Notes: generated by a model from the sequence alone, not told the origin. Positions 17,563 to 27,359 are shown, counted from the stretch's first letter. The stretch is 43,134 nt of DNA from Leptospirales bacterium (GCA_040326155.1 JBEQLE010000034.1:1-43134), one strand, 5' to 3'. Program-made: numbers and translations.

Positions 17563-18765
17563 ATGAAAAAAAAACTAGCTCTAACCATTTTAATTGTTTT
17601 ATCGATAACCGAGATTTTCGCGCAGGAAAAATTGTTCACAGAAGAGCGGCTACAAATAACGAAAGTTTACACAAACCTGAACGAAGCTTTGCAAAATCCT
17701 GAAAAAGTTTACAGACTTGATTTAAGTGATCAAAGACTGCAAGAGTTACCCATAGAAATTGGGAATTTAACAAACCTGGTAGAGCTTGACTTAAATTTTA
17801 ATCGCCTTCATACTTTACCCATTGAGATTGGAAATTTAACAAACCTGGAACAGCTTGATTTATCTTTTAACCAACTTACCACTTTGCCCATAGAAATCGG
17901 TAACTTAACGAACTTAGAAAAACTTTTAATATCGGTAAACCAGCTTACCTCTTTACCTAAAGAAATTGGGAACTTAATGAACCTGAAGGTTTTCAGCTTA
18001 TTTGGAAACCAGCTTACCACTTTGCCTGAACAAATCGGTAATCTGAAGAAATTAGAGGGACTTAGCATAGAAGATAACAAAATTTCGACGCTACCAGAAG
18101 AGATCGGAAACTTAAAAAACTTAAAATTGCTTGGCTGTTCCGATAATGAACTAACTGTCATACCCATAGAGATCGGGAACTTAACAAACCTGGAACAGCT
18201 TGATTTGTCTTTTAACCAGCTTACCACTTTACCGGAACAGATTGGTAATCTAAAGAACTTAGAGGAACTGAGCTTAGAAAAAAATAGGCTCTCGGCGCTA
18301 CCTAAAGAAATGGGAAATTTAACGAACCTGAAGAGTCTTGGCCTTTCAAGAAATCAGCTTTCTGCATTAGTCGGAGAGATTGGAAACTTAACGAACTTAA
18401 AATTTCTTGGTTTTACGGGTAATGATCTCATCGCCATACCCAGAGAGATTGGGAATTTAACGAACTTAGAGTCTCTTCTTATGGGAGATAATCAGCTCAC
18501 CTATTTACCCATAGAGATTGGGAATTTAATAAACCTAAAGAAGCTTTTTTTATCAAGTAACGAGCTCACCGTTTTACCCAAAGAGATCGGGAATTTGACG
18601 AACTTGAAGGAACTTAACTTGTCGCATAACGAGCTTACCGCCTTACCCGAAGAGATCGGTAGATTGACGGGCTTGAAGCAGCTTGATTCTTCAGATAATC
18701 TAATAAGCCAAATTGAGCAGGAAAAGATTCAAGGTCTTTTACCGGATTGTGGCATCTCGTTTTAA
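17563..18765 (+). CDS. Secreted leucine-rich repeat protein (Leptospira-type 23-aa LRR, about 14 repeats)
   Basis: Signal peptide; repeats NLxxLxLxxNQLTxLPxEIGNLx; N-cap YTNLNEALQNPEKV; C-cap EQEKIQGLLPDCGISF. Confidence 0.95.
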   Translation: MKKKLALTILIVLSITEIFAQEKLFTEERLQITKVYTNLNEALQNPEKVYRLDLSDQRLQELPIEIGNLTNLVELDLNFNRLHTLPIEIGNLTNLEQLDLSFNQLTTLPIEIGNLTNLEKLLISVNQLTSLPKEIGNLMNLKVFSLFGNQLTTLPEQIGNLKKLEGLSIEDNKISTLPEEIGNLKNLKLLGCSDNELTVIPIEIGNLTNLEQLDLSFNQLTTLPEQIGNLKNLEELSLEKNRLSALPKEMGNLTNLKSLGLSRNQLSALVGEIGNLTNLKFLGFTGNDLIAIPREIGNLTNLESLLMGDNQLTYLPIEIGNLINLKKLFLSSNELTVLPKEIGNLTNLKELNLSHNELTALPEEIGRLTGLKQLDSSDNLISQIEQEKIQGLLPDCGISF

Positions 18766-19502
18766 TCCCAACTGTCACCTGGAATTTCAACTTTAAGTAT
18801 TGTATCAAGGTAGTTTTTAATAATAAGTATGGAACGGCCAGCGTACCTGATGTCGTCGATGATAATTTCATGATTGCCGTCTTCATCTACATCAGAAATG
18901 CCGCGTAACTTGTAATAAACACTGCTATCGGACCTTCTGTCTTTAGAAGATAGGAAGTAGATGGCTTGAAGTTCATTGTGTTTATTTCCATACGTGGCGC
19001 TGCCGGGAAAATTGACCCTGTCTTTATACTCTTCTTTTTCCAGTGAAATAATTAAAATCAATTCATCGATTTCTTTTGGCCTCTGCGCATCTTTTGGAAT
19101 TAACCGTTCGCTGATGACAAAAAGAAAAAAATGTTCGTATTCAATTTCGACACAATGGGTTATTTTTACATTTTCATACTTGTCCGGATAGATAACCTCG
19201 TAGAGAACTTTATCGATGGCAGACTCAATTTCTCGTGGTACTTTTTTGTAGCTCGCTTTGGAATACTTGAGATTCGATTGATTCACTGGTTTTGTAATAT
19301 TTTTAAATGTTCTTGAGATCATTTCCTCATCGAATTTTACGCGGTAGATTTTATTAACCTCAATTTCTGATTGATCGAATAGAACAGATTCTAGTTTGTT
19401 TTTCGGTTTAACTTTGGTGTTCGTTTTTGAATACGCATTGCCTGCTATAAAAAAACAAGTAACCGCACATAATGAAATTATAGTTGTGAATGGTTTATTC
19501 AT
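18762..19502 (-). CDS. Hypothetical exported protein
   Basis: AAGGAG RBS, signal peptide (AYS), DVDEDGNHE Ca-binding-like loop. Confidence 0.7.
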   Translation of the reverse strand: MNKPFTTIISLCAVTCFFIAGNAYSKTNTKVKPKNKLESVLFDQSEIEVNKIYRVKFDEEMISRTFKNITKPVNQSNLKYSKASYKKVPREIESAIDKVLYEVIYPDKYENVKITHCVEIEYEHFFLFVISERLIPKDAQRPKEIDELILIISLEKEEYKDRVNFPGSATYGNKHNELQAIYFLSSKDRRSDSSVYYKLRGISDVDEDGNHEIIIDDIRYAGRSILIIKNYLDTILKVEIPGDSWD

Positions 19503-19583
19503 GGAACACTCCTTGCTTTACCAATATTGGGAAGATCAACAAGGCGCGATACTTTTTTTCTATCCCGATTTTTCATAAAAAAA

Positions 19584-20213
19584 TCATTTGCTCATACCAG
19601 AAAGGTAGGTAAAAAATTGTTTCAGGGCTTTGCCCCTGTGGCTTATTGCGTGTTTTTCTTCGCGGGTAATTTCAGCAAAAGTTTTTTGCGCATCAGGTGA
19701 ATAAAAAACCGGGTCGTATCCAAAACCGTTCTCGCCACAGGCTTCGAGCGTAATTTCTCCTCCGGCAACCCCGTTAAAATACATATCGTTTCCATGTTCG
19801 TCCAAAAAACAAAGAGAGGTAACAAATCGGGCTTGTCGTTGCTGGCTCGAAAAGGATTCAAGTTCGCCCAGCAATCGGCTTATGCGTTCGGCGTCATCTT
19901 TTCCATAACGGCTGGAATGAATACCGGGGCGTCCATGCAATGCGTCGACTTCGAGTCCCGAGTCTTCGGCCATTACCGGAGCCTTAACCAATTGGTAGAG
20001 GGCTTTAGCCTTGATCGCGGCATTTTTTAAAAAGCTATCTCCGTCTTCTACCGGATTGTATTGACTTGTTATTGTTGTACCAAGATCATTCAAAGTTAAA
20101 AATTTTACGTGCAAGCCGGAAAAAGTTTCAGCGTATCGTTTTATTTCTTTTAATTTATTCTCATTCTCAGTTGCAATGTATATTGTCTTTTCAGCCATAC
20201 TCCTCATATCCAT
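19584..20213 (-). CDS. rdgB: Non-canonical purine NTP pyrophosphatase (Ham1/RdgB)
   Basis: ATENENKLKE, EDSGLEVDAL.GRPGIHSSRY, GFGYDPVF, KHAISHRGKA; start may be ATG 20198. Confidence 0.95.
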   Translation of the reverse strand: MDMRSMAEKTIYIATENENKLKEIKRYAETFSGLHVKFLTLNDLGTTITSQYNPVEDGDSFLKNAAIKAKALYQLVKAPVMAEDSGLEVDALHGRPGIHSSRYGKDDAERISRLLGELESFSSQQRQARFVTSLCFLDEHGNDMYFNGVAGGEITLEACGENGFGYDPVFYSPDAQKTFAEITREEKHAISHRGKALKQFFTYLSGMSK

Positions 20214-20431
20214 TTACAGATGTATCGAGTCAATCATGAAAAAGAAGTTTAGAAAAATCATCTTGTCAGCGCTGTCGGTCTGACTATAATGAATGCCCGT
20301 TATTATGCATATGGAATTGATACAATTTGATGATAAACCTTTGTTTGGGAAATGAAACGGGCGCTAAAAAGTGATAAAAAATGTTGTACAAACTGATCGT
20401 TTGAATTAACAATTGTATACAGGTAATATGG

Positions 20432-20974
20432 ATGAGATTCTATCGAATAATATTGGTAACTGTTTTTATTTTTATTGGCGCAGCGACAGGTGGTAATTCG
20501 AAAAAAGAATTCTGTACTGATGGTTATTACAAACTATCTATAGGTGTTATTCCGGTGCGGCAATATTTTTTATTGTCTTGTAAGCGCGACATTCAAATTA
20601 ATGTGTACAATAATTATTATTTTTTTGCGTATACGCATTTGTATAGCGAAAAACTGAATGTCCAGAACGGTCACACCGTAAACGGTCCTAAATTTACTCT
20701 TAAGAAAGAAAAGAATAATCTATATCTTTCATCGGACCAATTTTACTTAAATGAAAATAAACTTGAAAACGTTAATACGGAAAAAGCAAATACTATAATG
20801 AACATGGCATATATTGACTACGTGACGAAAGACAACAAAGATAAGAGTTGCCCGTTAAATAGAAAAGATATAATGAATAAAATTACATACCAGCAACTCG
20901 AACGAGAACCCAAAAAATTCATAGTTATTATGGACAAGATTATTGCCGAACATAATTGCGAGATGCGGCCATAA
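20432..20974 (+). CDS. Hypothetical exported protein
   Basis: N-terminal signal-like segment, four Cys. Confidence 0.6.
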   Translation: MRFYRIILVTVFIFIGAATGGNSKKEFCTDGYYKLSIGVIPVRQYFLLSCKRDIQINVYNNYYFFAYTHLYSEKLNVQNGHTVNGPKFTLKKEKNNLYLSSDQFYLNENKLENVNTEKANTIMNMAYIDYVTKDNKDKSCPLNRKDIMNKITYQQLEREPKKFIVIMDKIIAEHNCEMRP

Positions 20975-20983
20975 GTAATAACA

Positions 20984-21907
20984 TTATAAATTGCCGTACT
21001 CTTCTACAGCATCTTCATAGGCAGGATCATCTTTCTGAATTACTGAACCGTAATTGTAATAATTATTTTTATCTTTTGCATAATAACTTCCTTTTTTAGC
21101 GATAAATGTTTTTACGTCCGCTTCAGGAATTATTTTTGTACCCAGATAGACGTGGTATTTATCTTTTGCGTAGTTTGACTCGGGAAAAAATGTATAGCTT
21201 TCGGCGTCAATTCCATCTACCTTTTCGTAGCCTGAATAAACATTGTTTTTGTCTTTTGAAATGTTGTAAAAAAGAATTTCAAAACTTGATATATCCGAAT
21301 CGTAAAGTGCGTGCCCATCATAGTATGCTGAATCTTTATCGACAGCAAATGAGGAGTTTAATAAATGAAAAGTCGGAGCATGCGCCAACATAATATTAAA
21401 ATTATGATAAACATTTTCTCGATCTTTTCCGTAACTGTTTCCCAGCGTTTCAAATGAGGGGCCATGGCTGTTCATTAATTTTGTGTAATTGAAGTAAGCG
21501 TGAAGATTTCCTTTGGCAAAGTATTGGTCAAGAATAACGAATTGCTCCGGGTCTTCACCTTCGAGTATATAAACTTCAGATACTCTTTTTGTATAATATC
21601 TGCTTCCGTCCAAATGATTAAAACAAAAGTAAACCTGGTTTTTATCTTTTGAATACCCTCGTTTTAAAAGAACAAACGTTTTGCCGTCACTGTTTTCTAT
21701 TTCATAGCCCCGATAATAAACCCTGGCCTTGTCGATGGCATAATCGCGGTTTATTATTTTGAAAGACTTTTTATCACGAACACTTGTTTCTTCATTATTG
21801 AATGTGACTTTGCCAGTAAGGAAAGATTTTTCATACCCTTCTTGACAAGAGCCGACAATAAAAATTGTAATAAATAAAACTGAATATTTGTAGAACTGAG
21901 CTTTCAT
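20984..21907 (-). CDS. DKNYY-repeat lipoprotein
   Basis: IVGSC lipobox; repeated YAKDKNxVY motifs. Confidence 0.85.
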   Translation of the reverse strand: MKAQFYKYSVLFITIFIVGSCQEGYEKSFLTGKVTFNNEETSVRDKKSFKIINRDYAIDKARVYYRGYEIENSDGKTFVLLKRGYSKDKNQVYFCFNHLDGSRYYTKRVSEVYILEGEDPEQFVILDQYFAKGNLHAYFNYTKLMNSHGPSFETLGNSYGKDRENVYHNFNIMLAHAPTFHLLNSSFAVDKDSAYYDGHALYDSDISSFEILFYNISKDKNNVYSGYEKVDGIDAESYTFFPESNYAKDKYHVYLGTKIIPEADVKTFIAKKGSYYAKDKNNYYNYGSVIQKDDPAYEDAVEEYGNL

Positions 21908-21997
21908 ATAAACTTCCTTTAAGTAGATAAGTTTCTATAGCATATTCTTCCTGTATTGCAAGCAGAAAAATAACAAATCAATTGACATTCTATGGCA

Positions 21998-22247
21998 ATG
22001 AAAAATATTTAAAAGAAAGGGAATAAAACTTTATGGCAAGGTAAAAGTCGTCGATAATTTTCCGGATATTAAAGTAAAAGTGGTTAGTAATTGGCCTGAT
22101 ATTAAAGTGAAGTTGGTTGATAACTTTGCGGACGATTGTGGTGAATGGCAGATAGTAGAAAATTTTCCAGACTTTAAAATCAAGTTTGTAGATAACTTTG
22201 AAGATATAAAAATAGAATATGTAGAAAACTGGCCAGGAGTAAAATAA
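21998..22247 (+). pseudogene. Small repeat protein (VKVVDNFPD repeats) with start codon out of frame
   Basis: Open frame 22002-22247: KIFKRKGIKLYGKVKVVDNFPDIKVKVVSNWPDIKVKLVDNFADDCGEWQIVENFPDFKIKFVDNFEDIKIEYVENWPGVK*; ATG 21998 is one base out of frame across an A5 run. Confidence 0.7.
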
Positions 22248-22325
22248 AAACTGTATATTAAGAATTGCGATATGTATGAATTTTAGAAAAAGCTTTCGCG
22301 CACCGGGCACAGGCCCGAAAAATAA

Positions 22326-22354
22326 TTGACAGATGGTATTACAATTGTTATACT
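22326..22354 (+). promoter_or_regulatory. Promoter/operator of the chpIK/mazEF-like operon
   Basis: TTGACA, 17 nt, TATACT, 6 nt before ATG; imperfect palindrome GTATTACAATTGTTATAC. Confidence 0.75.
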
Positions 22355-22360
22355 AACCCT

Positions 22361-22609
22361 ATGAAGACAGCCATTTCTATTTCCGATGAACTGTTTAATA
22401 CTGCAGATAAAACGGCAAAAAAGTTAAGTATCAGCCGAAGCGAACTTTACCAGAGAGCGATTGCAAAATATGTCGATGAGTTTAACGACGATAAAGTAAT
22501 GGAGAGTTTAAACCGGGCTTATGGTCCGCGCACTTCGGGTCTTGACCCTGTTCTAGAGACAATGCAGGCTGAGACCATCATTGCAGAGACCGCGAATGAC
22601 TCGTGGTGA
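22361..22609 (+). CDS. chpI: ChpI-like RHH antitoxin
   Basis: MKTAISISDELF..ADKTAKKLSISRSELYQRAI..; overlaps the toxin gene. Confidence 0.8.
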   Translation: MKTAISISDELFNTADKTAKKLSISRSELYQRAIAKYVDEFNDDKVMESLNRAYGPRTSGLDPVLETMQAETIIAETANDSW

Positions 22610-22931
22610 AATCTGGTGGGCCTACTTAAGAAAACCTGTCGGGTCTGAGCCGGGTTTTAAAAGACCCGTGTTAATTATACAATCTGACCTTTTTAACAAG
22701 AGCAACATCAACACGATAATTTGTGCGGCAATCACTTCTAATATGGGACTTGCCAATGTCGGAAAAAATATAGTATTAAAGAATAACGAGTCGGGTCTGC
22801 CTAAAGATTCGGTTATTAATATTTCACAAATTGTAACTTTAGATCGACAGTACCTCGATGAATGTATTGGCTCCGTCGCTCGAAAGACCTTGAATAAAGT
22901 AGACGACGGCTTACGAGTTGTTCTTTTTTAA
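22596..22931 (+). CDS. mazF: PemK/MazF (ChpK-like) endoribonuclease toxin
   Basis: MTRGEIWWA...GSEPGFKRPVLIIQSD.FN...SGLPKDSVINISQIVTLDR. Confidence 0.92.
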   Translation: MTRGEIWWAYLRKPVGSEPGFKRPVLIIQSDLFNKSNINTIICAAITSNMGLANVGKNIVLKNNESGLPKDSVINISQIVTLDRQYLDECIGSVARKTLNKVDDGLRVVLF

Positions 22932-23024
22932 TTTGAATTGACTTTTAAAAATATTTCCTGGAAAAGGTGTCTTAATTTGCATATAATGTAAGTGTAATGA
23001 AAATTTCATAATTCGGGGGTTATT

Positions 23025-24467
23025 ATGGTAAGCGTAGACGAAGTTTTGCTGGATGAAAAATTAGAGGTAATGGAGACCTCTCATAAGTGGGCGCCACGAG
23101 CGATTTCAAAACTTGAAACATTTATTCGCACTGCGGACGATTACGATCTGTATAAAATTAATCCTGTTTCTTATGCAAAAAATCGAGGGACCGTCGAAAA
23201 AGAGGCTACCGAACTTTTTTTGTGGGCAGCCAAAGAGGGGATATTTGCAATGAACTGGGGTCTGGTTTGCCCCACCTGCGGCGATGATGTGGGTAGCTTT
23301 CGGTCGTTAAAAAAAGTTTCTAACCATTTTTTTTGCAACGTATGCAGGGTAGAATCGACAGCTTGTTTAGACGAGCATATAATGGTAACATTTACCGTTA
23401 ACCCTTCTATCCGAAAAATTGCATACCATGACCCGGACTCGTTGTCGATTGAAGATTATGTTAATAAATATCATTATTCGCGAGAGGGGAAAATACCCGA
23501 TACCGGTGAAACCTTTCCTGAATTTATCCATAAATATATTCGGGAGTATGTCGATTTAAAACAAAATGAAAAGACTGAGATCTCAATGGAAGTTGAAGAG
23601 GGTTATCTGCTCGGTTTTGATTTGAAAACCAATGCTGGTTTTTGTATTACTATTGAAAAAGATTATAAAACCAAAAAAGAAATATCGATAGTATTATTGG
23701 ATGGGGAATATATTTATAATGAAGAGATGAAGGCCCCTCCCGGTAAAATCAATTTCGAGATTATGAATGGGTGTTCTGAAAATGCTCGAATGGTGGTTCT
23801 ATTTGAACCCCCGGTGGACCCCACCCGCCAACAACCCAACCTTGTATTTGACGAATTTCTTACCGGGAAAATGTTATTAAGCAACCATACTTTTAACACC
23901 CTGTTTCGAAATGAGATGCAGGTCGGTAGTGAAGGGATAAAGGTAAAAGATATAACCATACTATTTACCGACCTCAAAGGTTCTACTGAAATTTACGAAA
24001 GAATCGGCGACATGCAGGCTTTTTCATTGGTAAGCCAGCACTTTCAATTGCTGGAAAAAATTGTCGCAACCCATGAAGGCTCCATTGTTAAAACGATTGG
24101 CGACGCGATAATGGCGACTTTTTTAAACCCGGTGCAGGCCATGCAGGCAGCCATCAAAATGAATAACGAAATCGCCGACTTTAACCGGAAGACAAACAAC
24201 CAGGATTTAATACTGAAAATAGGTGTTCACAAAGGACCCTCCATCGCCGTAACTTTAAACCAACAGCTTGACTATTTTGGCCGCACCGTCAACATCGCCT
24301 CTCGCATTCAACACCTGGCCAACCCCGAAGAGATCAACGTTACCAACGATATTTACCAATATTCCGGACTCCTAGATGCAATATCCGGTTACAACGCCGA
24401 CCCGATTCAAGTGCAACTGAAAGGGATGCAAGACGAGATGCAGATTTATAGAATCTATAAAGAATAA
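23025..24467 (+). CDS. Adenylate cyclase with N-terminal DUF5939-like Cys-containing domain
   Basis: CPTC..CNVC N-terminal domain; LFTDLKGST, VKTIGDA, LDYFGRTVNIASRIQ with intact catalytic residues. Confidence 0.88.
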   Translation: MVSVDEVLLDEKLEVMETSHKWAPRAISKLETFIRTADDYDLYKINPVSYAKNRGTVEKEATELFLWAAKEGIFAMNWGLVCPTCGDDVGSFRSLKKVSNHFFCNVCRVESTACLDEHIMVTFTVNPSIRKIAYHDPDSLSIEDYVNKYHYSREGKIPDTGETFPEFIHKYIREYVDLKQNEKTEISMEVEEGYLLGFDLKTNAGFCITIEKDYKTKKEISIVLLDGEYIYNEEMKAPPGKINFEIMNGCSENARMVVLFEPPVDPTRQQPNLVFDEFLTGKMLLSNHTFNTLFRNEMQVGSEGIKVKDITILFTDLKGSTEIYERIGDMQAFSLVSQHFQLLEKIVATHEGSIVKTIGDAIMATFLNPVQAMQAAIKMNNEIADFNRKTNNQDLILKIGVHKGPSIAVTLNQQLDYFGRTVNIASRIQHLANPEEINVTNDIYQYSGLLDAISGYNADPIQVQLKGMQDEMQIYRIYKE

Positions 24468-24531
24468 TTATTTGAGTAACTAATTTATTATCAGCGGGGG
24501 TTACGCCTTTTGAAAACGGCTAATATAGGAA

Positions 24532-25185
24532 ATGGATTCACAACAGTATGACATTACGACATCAAAATTAAAAGGGGTTTGGCATCTACTTCTTGGACTG
24601 TTTTTTGTCTGCCTTACGTTCTGGACAAAATTGACACTGAATGTCTTCAGTATTGTTTTTAATAAGCAAAGTATGAACGAAAAAATGGAAACTATTTCGC
24701 AAGAGATAGATAAGAATGGCGCCCTTTTTCAAGGGGTGAGTGAAAGTGTGGCTGCCATTATAATTGCCATTCTAATTTTTGCATTGGGGGCTTTTTATCT
24801 TTATAAGGCGTTTAAAAAATTATTTGACTTTCGGGCTCAAATTTCTTTAAGTAAAGACGGCCTCTATATTCGAACAAAAGATTTAATCCCATGGAGTGAA
24901 ATTCACTCGATGGATATCACCAAAGTCGAAACGGAGTGGGACGCCGGTGAAAGCGGTTCGGGTACATCAGTAAAATATTTTTTGAAAGTATTGTTGACGA
25001 ATACGGAAAAGGTTTCCGTTGACCTGAAAAACCTGAGCTGGAATTATAATAAATTCGGCAGAAGTTTTGATACATTCAATACCAACGAAAATATCAAGTT
25101 CAAAACATGGGAAGCAAAACGCCAGGCTGAAGCAAAGAGAAGCCAACCCGACCCTCCGGACAGAACAGACCATGTAGATTTATAA
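24532..25185 (+). CDS. Hypothetical membrane protein (2 TM + PH-like domain)
   Basis: Two hydrophobic segments followed by ISLSKDGLYI..IPWSEI. Confidence 0.7.
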   Translation: MDSQQYDITTSKLKGVWHLLLGLFFVCLTFWTKLTLNVFSIVFNKQSMNEKMETISQEIDKNGALFQGVSESVAAIIIAILIFALGAFYLYKAFKKLFDFRAQISLSKDGLYIRTKDLIPWSEIHSMDITKVETEWDAGESGSGTSVKYFLKVLLTNTEKVSVDLKNLSWNYNKFGRSFDTFNTNENIKFKTWEAKRQAEAKRSQPDPPDRTDHVDL

Positions 25186-25260
25186 GGAGTGGTTTTAAGA
25201 AAACCCGAAACATTTCCTGTAAAAATGGGCAAACAACTATATTTCCCATATATTGTTCTA

Positions 25261-26013
25261 ATGCGTACCCAACGATCAAAACATTTTCGATTACCCGGTC
25301 TGTTATTTTTTATTTTTCTGGCGGGCCATCTGCTCGTCTCGTGCAAACCAAATACTAGCAATACTATACAAAATATTACTGCCGCCGAGTTTAAAGAACG
25401 AATTCAAAACAGCAATGGAATTATTTTGGATGTTCGAACGCCGACGGAGGTTACCAGCGGTTATATTGAAGGGGCCAGTTTCATAAATATTAACGACGCA
25501 GATTTTGAACGAAAAATCTCGCTAATGCAAAAAGATAAACCTGTTTTTGTCTATTGCCGCTCTGGCGGTAGAAGTACAAAAGCCGCTGAGTTTATGCTTA
25601 AAAACGGATTTCGCGAAGTCTACAACCTGACCGGAGGTACGGGCTCGTGGTCAGATGCGCAGCTACCTTTAGTTAAACCAAAAAATCGGGTCGATGAGAA
25701 TATTAAACAAATGAGTGTAAGTGAATTTGACCAGGTTCTGCAATCTCAGAAAATCGTATTTGTGGAATTCCACACTCTCTGGTGTTCTCCCTGCATTAAA
25801 ATGGCCCCCATAGTCGACTCTTTGCAAGAAAGCTATAAAGGCAAAATCGAAATTATGCGCGTTGACCTCGATGTCAGCCAGCTTGTTGCCGAAAAGCACT
25901 CTGTATCCGGCGTACCGACATTTATTCTGTTTAAAAACGGAGTAGAAGAGTGGAGAAAACTGGGCGAAGTAGAAGAGTCCGTGCTGAAAACGCAACTGGA
26001 CGATGCCCTTTGA
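25261..26013 (+). CDS. Rhodanese-thioredoxin fusion lipoprotein
   Basis: LLVSC lipobox; LDVRTPTE..YCRSGGRS rhodanese; WCSPC thioredoxin; ATG 25261 preferred. Confidence 0.88.
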   Translation: MRTQRSKHFRLPGLLFFIFLAGHLLVSCKPNTSNTIQNITAAEFKERIQNSNGIILDVRTPTEVTSGYIEGASFININDADFERKISLMQKDKPVFVYCRSGGRSTKAAEFMLKNGFREVYNLTGGTGSWSDAQLPLVKPKNRVDENIKQMSVSEFDQVLQSQKIVFVEFHTLWCSPCIKMAPIVDSLQESYKGKIEIMRVDLDVSQLVAEKHSVSGVPTFILFKNGVEEWRKLGEVEESVLKTQLDDAL

Positions 26014-26168
26014 TGTTATTGATTTGAGGTTGCTACTGTTGTGGAATTTACAAAATACTGTTCGTCTTTACGTCTGGACTGGAAAGCTCTATATTCTGCC
26101 AAACATCTACCCGCACTGTAAAATATGTCGGGGGTAGCGTAATAATTTTGGCTTGCCAAAGTTATGAA

Positions 26169-26196
26169 GTGAGGGGGCAAACCTGCCCCCTTTAAA
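26169..26196. terminator. GC-rich hairpin downstream of convergent genes
   Basis: AGGGGGCA-AACC-TGCCCCCT; related to 29296-29321 and 37028-37053. Confidence 0.55.
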
Positions 26197-26212
26197 TATA
26201 TTGTGTAATTTT

Positions 26213-26560
26213 TTAAGGTTTGTATTTTCCGGCTAACATGAGCGCGCCGCCTAAAAGTCCCACGTCTTTTAACATGGACATTATAGCCATTTGACCTGGC
26301 AGTTTGGGCACGTATAATGCTACTATAAAAATCAGCATTAGCAAGGCCAGTCCCATGCAAGCCCAGTAGGTGTACTTTTGTATGATGATACTTACTGCTG
26401 CTGCGATCATGGCTACGCCTGTTAGGTATACCCAGAAAACACCACCGGGTATTGGCACCATTCCGGCCATTTTGCCGGCGTCCATTAGGTGGAAAGCCCC
26501 AAATACTAGAAATGGTATCGAAAATGTGATTTGTGCAAATCGTCCTGTTAAAAAGTTCAT
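26213..26560 (-). CDS. DoxX-family membrane protein
   Basis: Four TM segments; FGAFHLM..MAGMVP..FWVYLTG..LKDVGLLGGALML; AAGGAG RBS. Confidence 0.85.
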   Translation of the reverse strand: MNFLTGRFAQITFSIPFLVFGAFHLMDAGKMAGMVPIPGGVFWVYLTGVAMIAAAVSIIIQKYTYWACMGLALLMLIFIVALYVPKLPGQMAIMSMLKDVGLLGGALMLAGKYKP

Positions 26561-26591
26561 AAAGTCTCCTTGTGATACATAGTGGTTGAGT

Positions 26592-26645
26592 TAATCAATA
26601 CTTGTTGACTAAACAACACATGTTGATTAAACAACCTACGTTGTA
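26592..26645. promoter_or_regulatory. Three tandem 18-bp imperfect palindromes, probable TetR operators
   Basis: TAATCAATACTTGTTGAC / TAAACAACACATGTTGAT / TAAACAACCTACGTTGTA between divergent doxX and tetR. Confidence 0.65.
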
Positions 26646-26756
26646 TTGGTGTGCGTGGTCCCTCTTGTCAATCGTGTTTATAGGTATTGGGGCAGCGTAT
26701 TAAAAATTATCCCGACACTAGTAAGAAAATGTCGGAAAAACAACAAAGGTGAATTT

Positions 26757-27359
26757 ATGTCTAATCATTCTGACCCGAGAATCGTAAGAACAAGAAGGTT
26801 ATTGCTCGATGCGCTTTTTGATCTGCTGAAAACCAAAGATATTAAAAAAATAAATGTACAGGAAATAGCCAAAAAAGCCACTTTAAACCGCGCGACTTTG
26901 TACGACCATTACAAAGATAAATACGACTTGTTCGAACATTTGCTGGTCGATTTGTTCCATCAAAAAATTACACAGAGGTTGTCTCCTTTTGACAAAGTAT
27001 GTTCGGAGAAATTCAGGCATATTGTGGTGGCCAGTTTTGAGTTTTTACAGGAGATGAATTTAGGGTGTACAGAACGAGAACCTAAGTTTAAATCTTTAAT
27101 TGAGTCGAAAACCCAGGAACAGCTTTTCAAATTAATTTACCAAATGATGAAAAACAATTGCAGTAAAAAACCCGATAGCGAAATTGAAATAGAAGCCGCC
27201 GTTGTAAGCTGGTCCATATTTGGCGTTGGACTTCACTGGGTAAGAAACCATAACAGTAAATCTCCAGATGAGTATGTTCAAAAGGTGTTAGCGCTTGTTG
27301 CACATATTAACGAGGACTACTTTGTTCCAGAAGAGAATAAAATCGCGGAATTTGCTTGA
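26757..27359 (+). CDS. TetR/AcrR-family regulator
   Basis: DPRIVRTRRLLLDAL...INVQEIAKKATLNRATLYDHYKDK; ATG 26757 after AAGGTGA. Confidence 0.92.
   Translation: MSNHSDPRIVRTRRLLLDALFDLLKTKDIKKINVQEIAKKATLNRATLYDHYKDKYDLFEHLLVDLFHQKITQRLSPFDKVCSEKFRHIVVASFEFLQEMNLGCTEREPKFKSLIESKTQEQLFKLIYQMMKNNCSKKPDSEIEIEAAVVSWSIFGVGLHWVRNHNSKSPDEYVQKVLALVAHINEDYFVPEENKIAEFA

Noticed and set aside
17563..18765. Diversity-generating retroelement TR/VR pair among LRR repeats
   Set aside because: Differences between repeats are not adenine-specific, both copies are coding, and there is no intact RT.
21990..22310. 106-aa minus-strand ORF
   Set aside because: Shadow of the + strand repeat-protein frame 22002-22247.
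26016..26360. 114-aa minus-strand ORF
   Set aside because: Alternative frame overlapping doxX and a hairpin; no motif.
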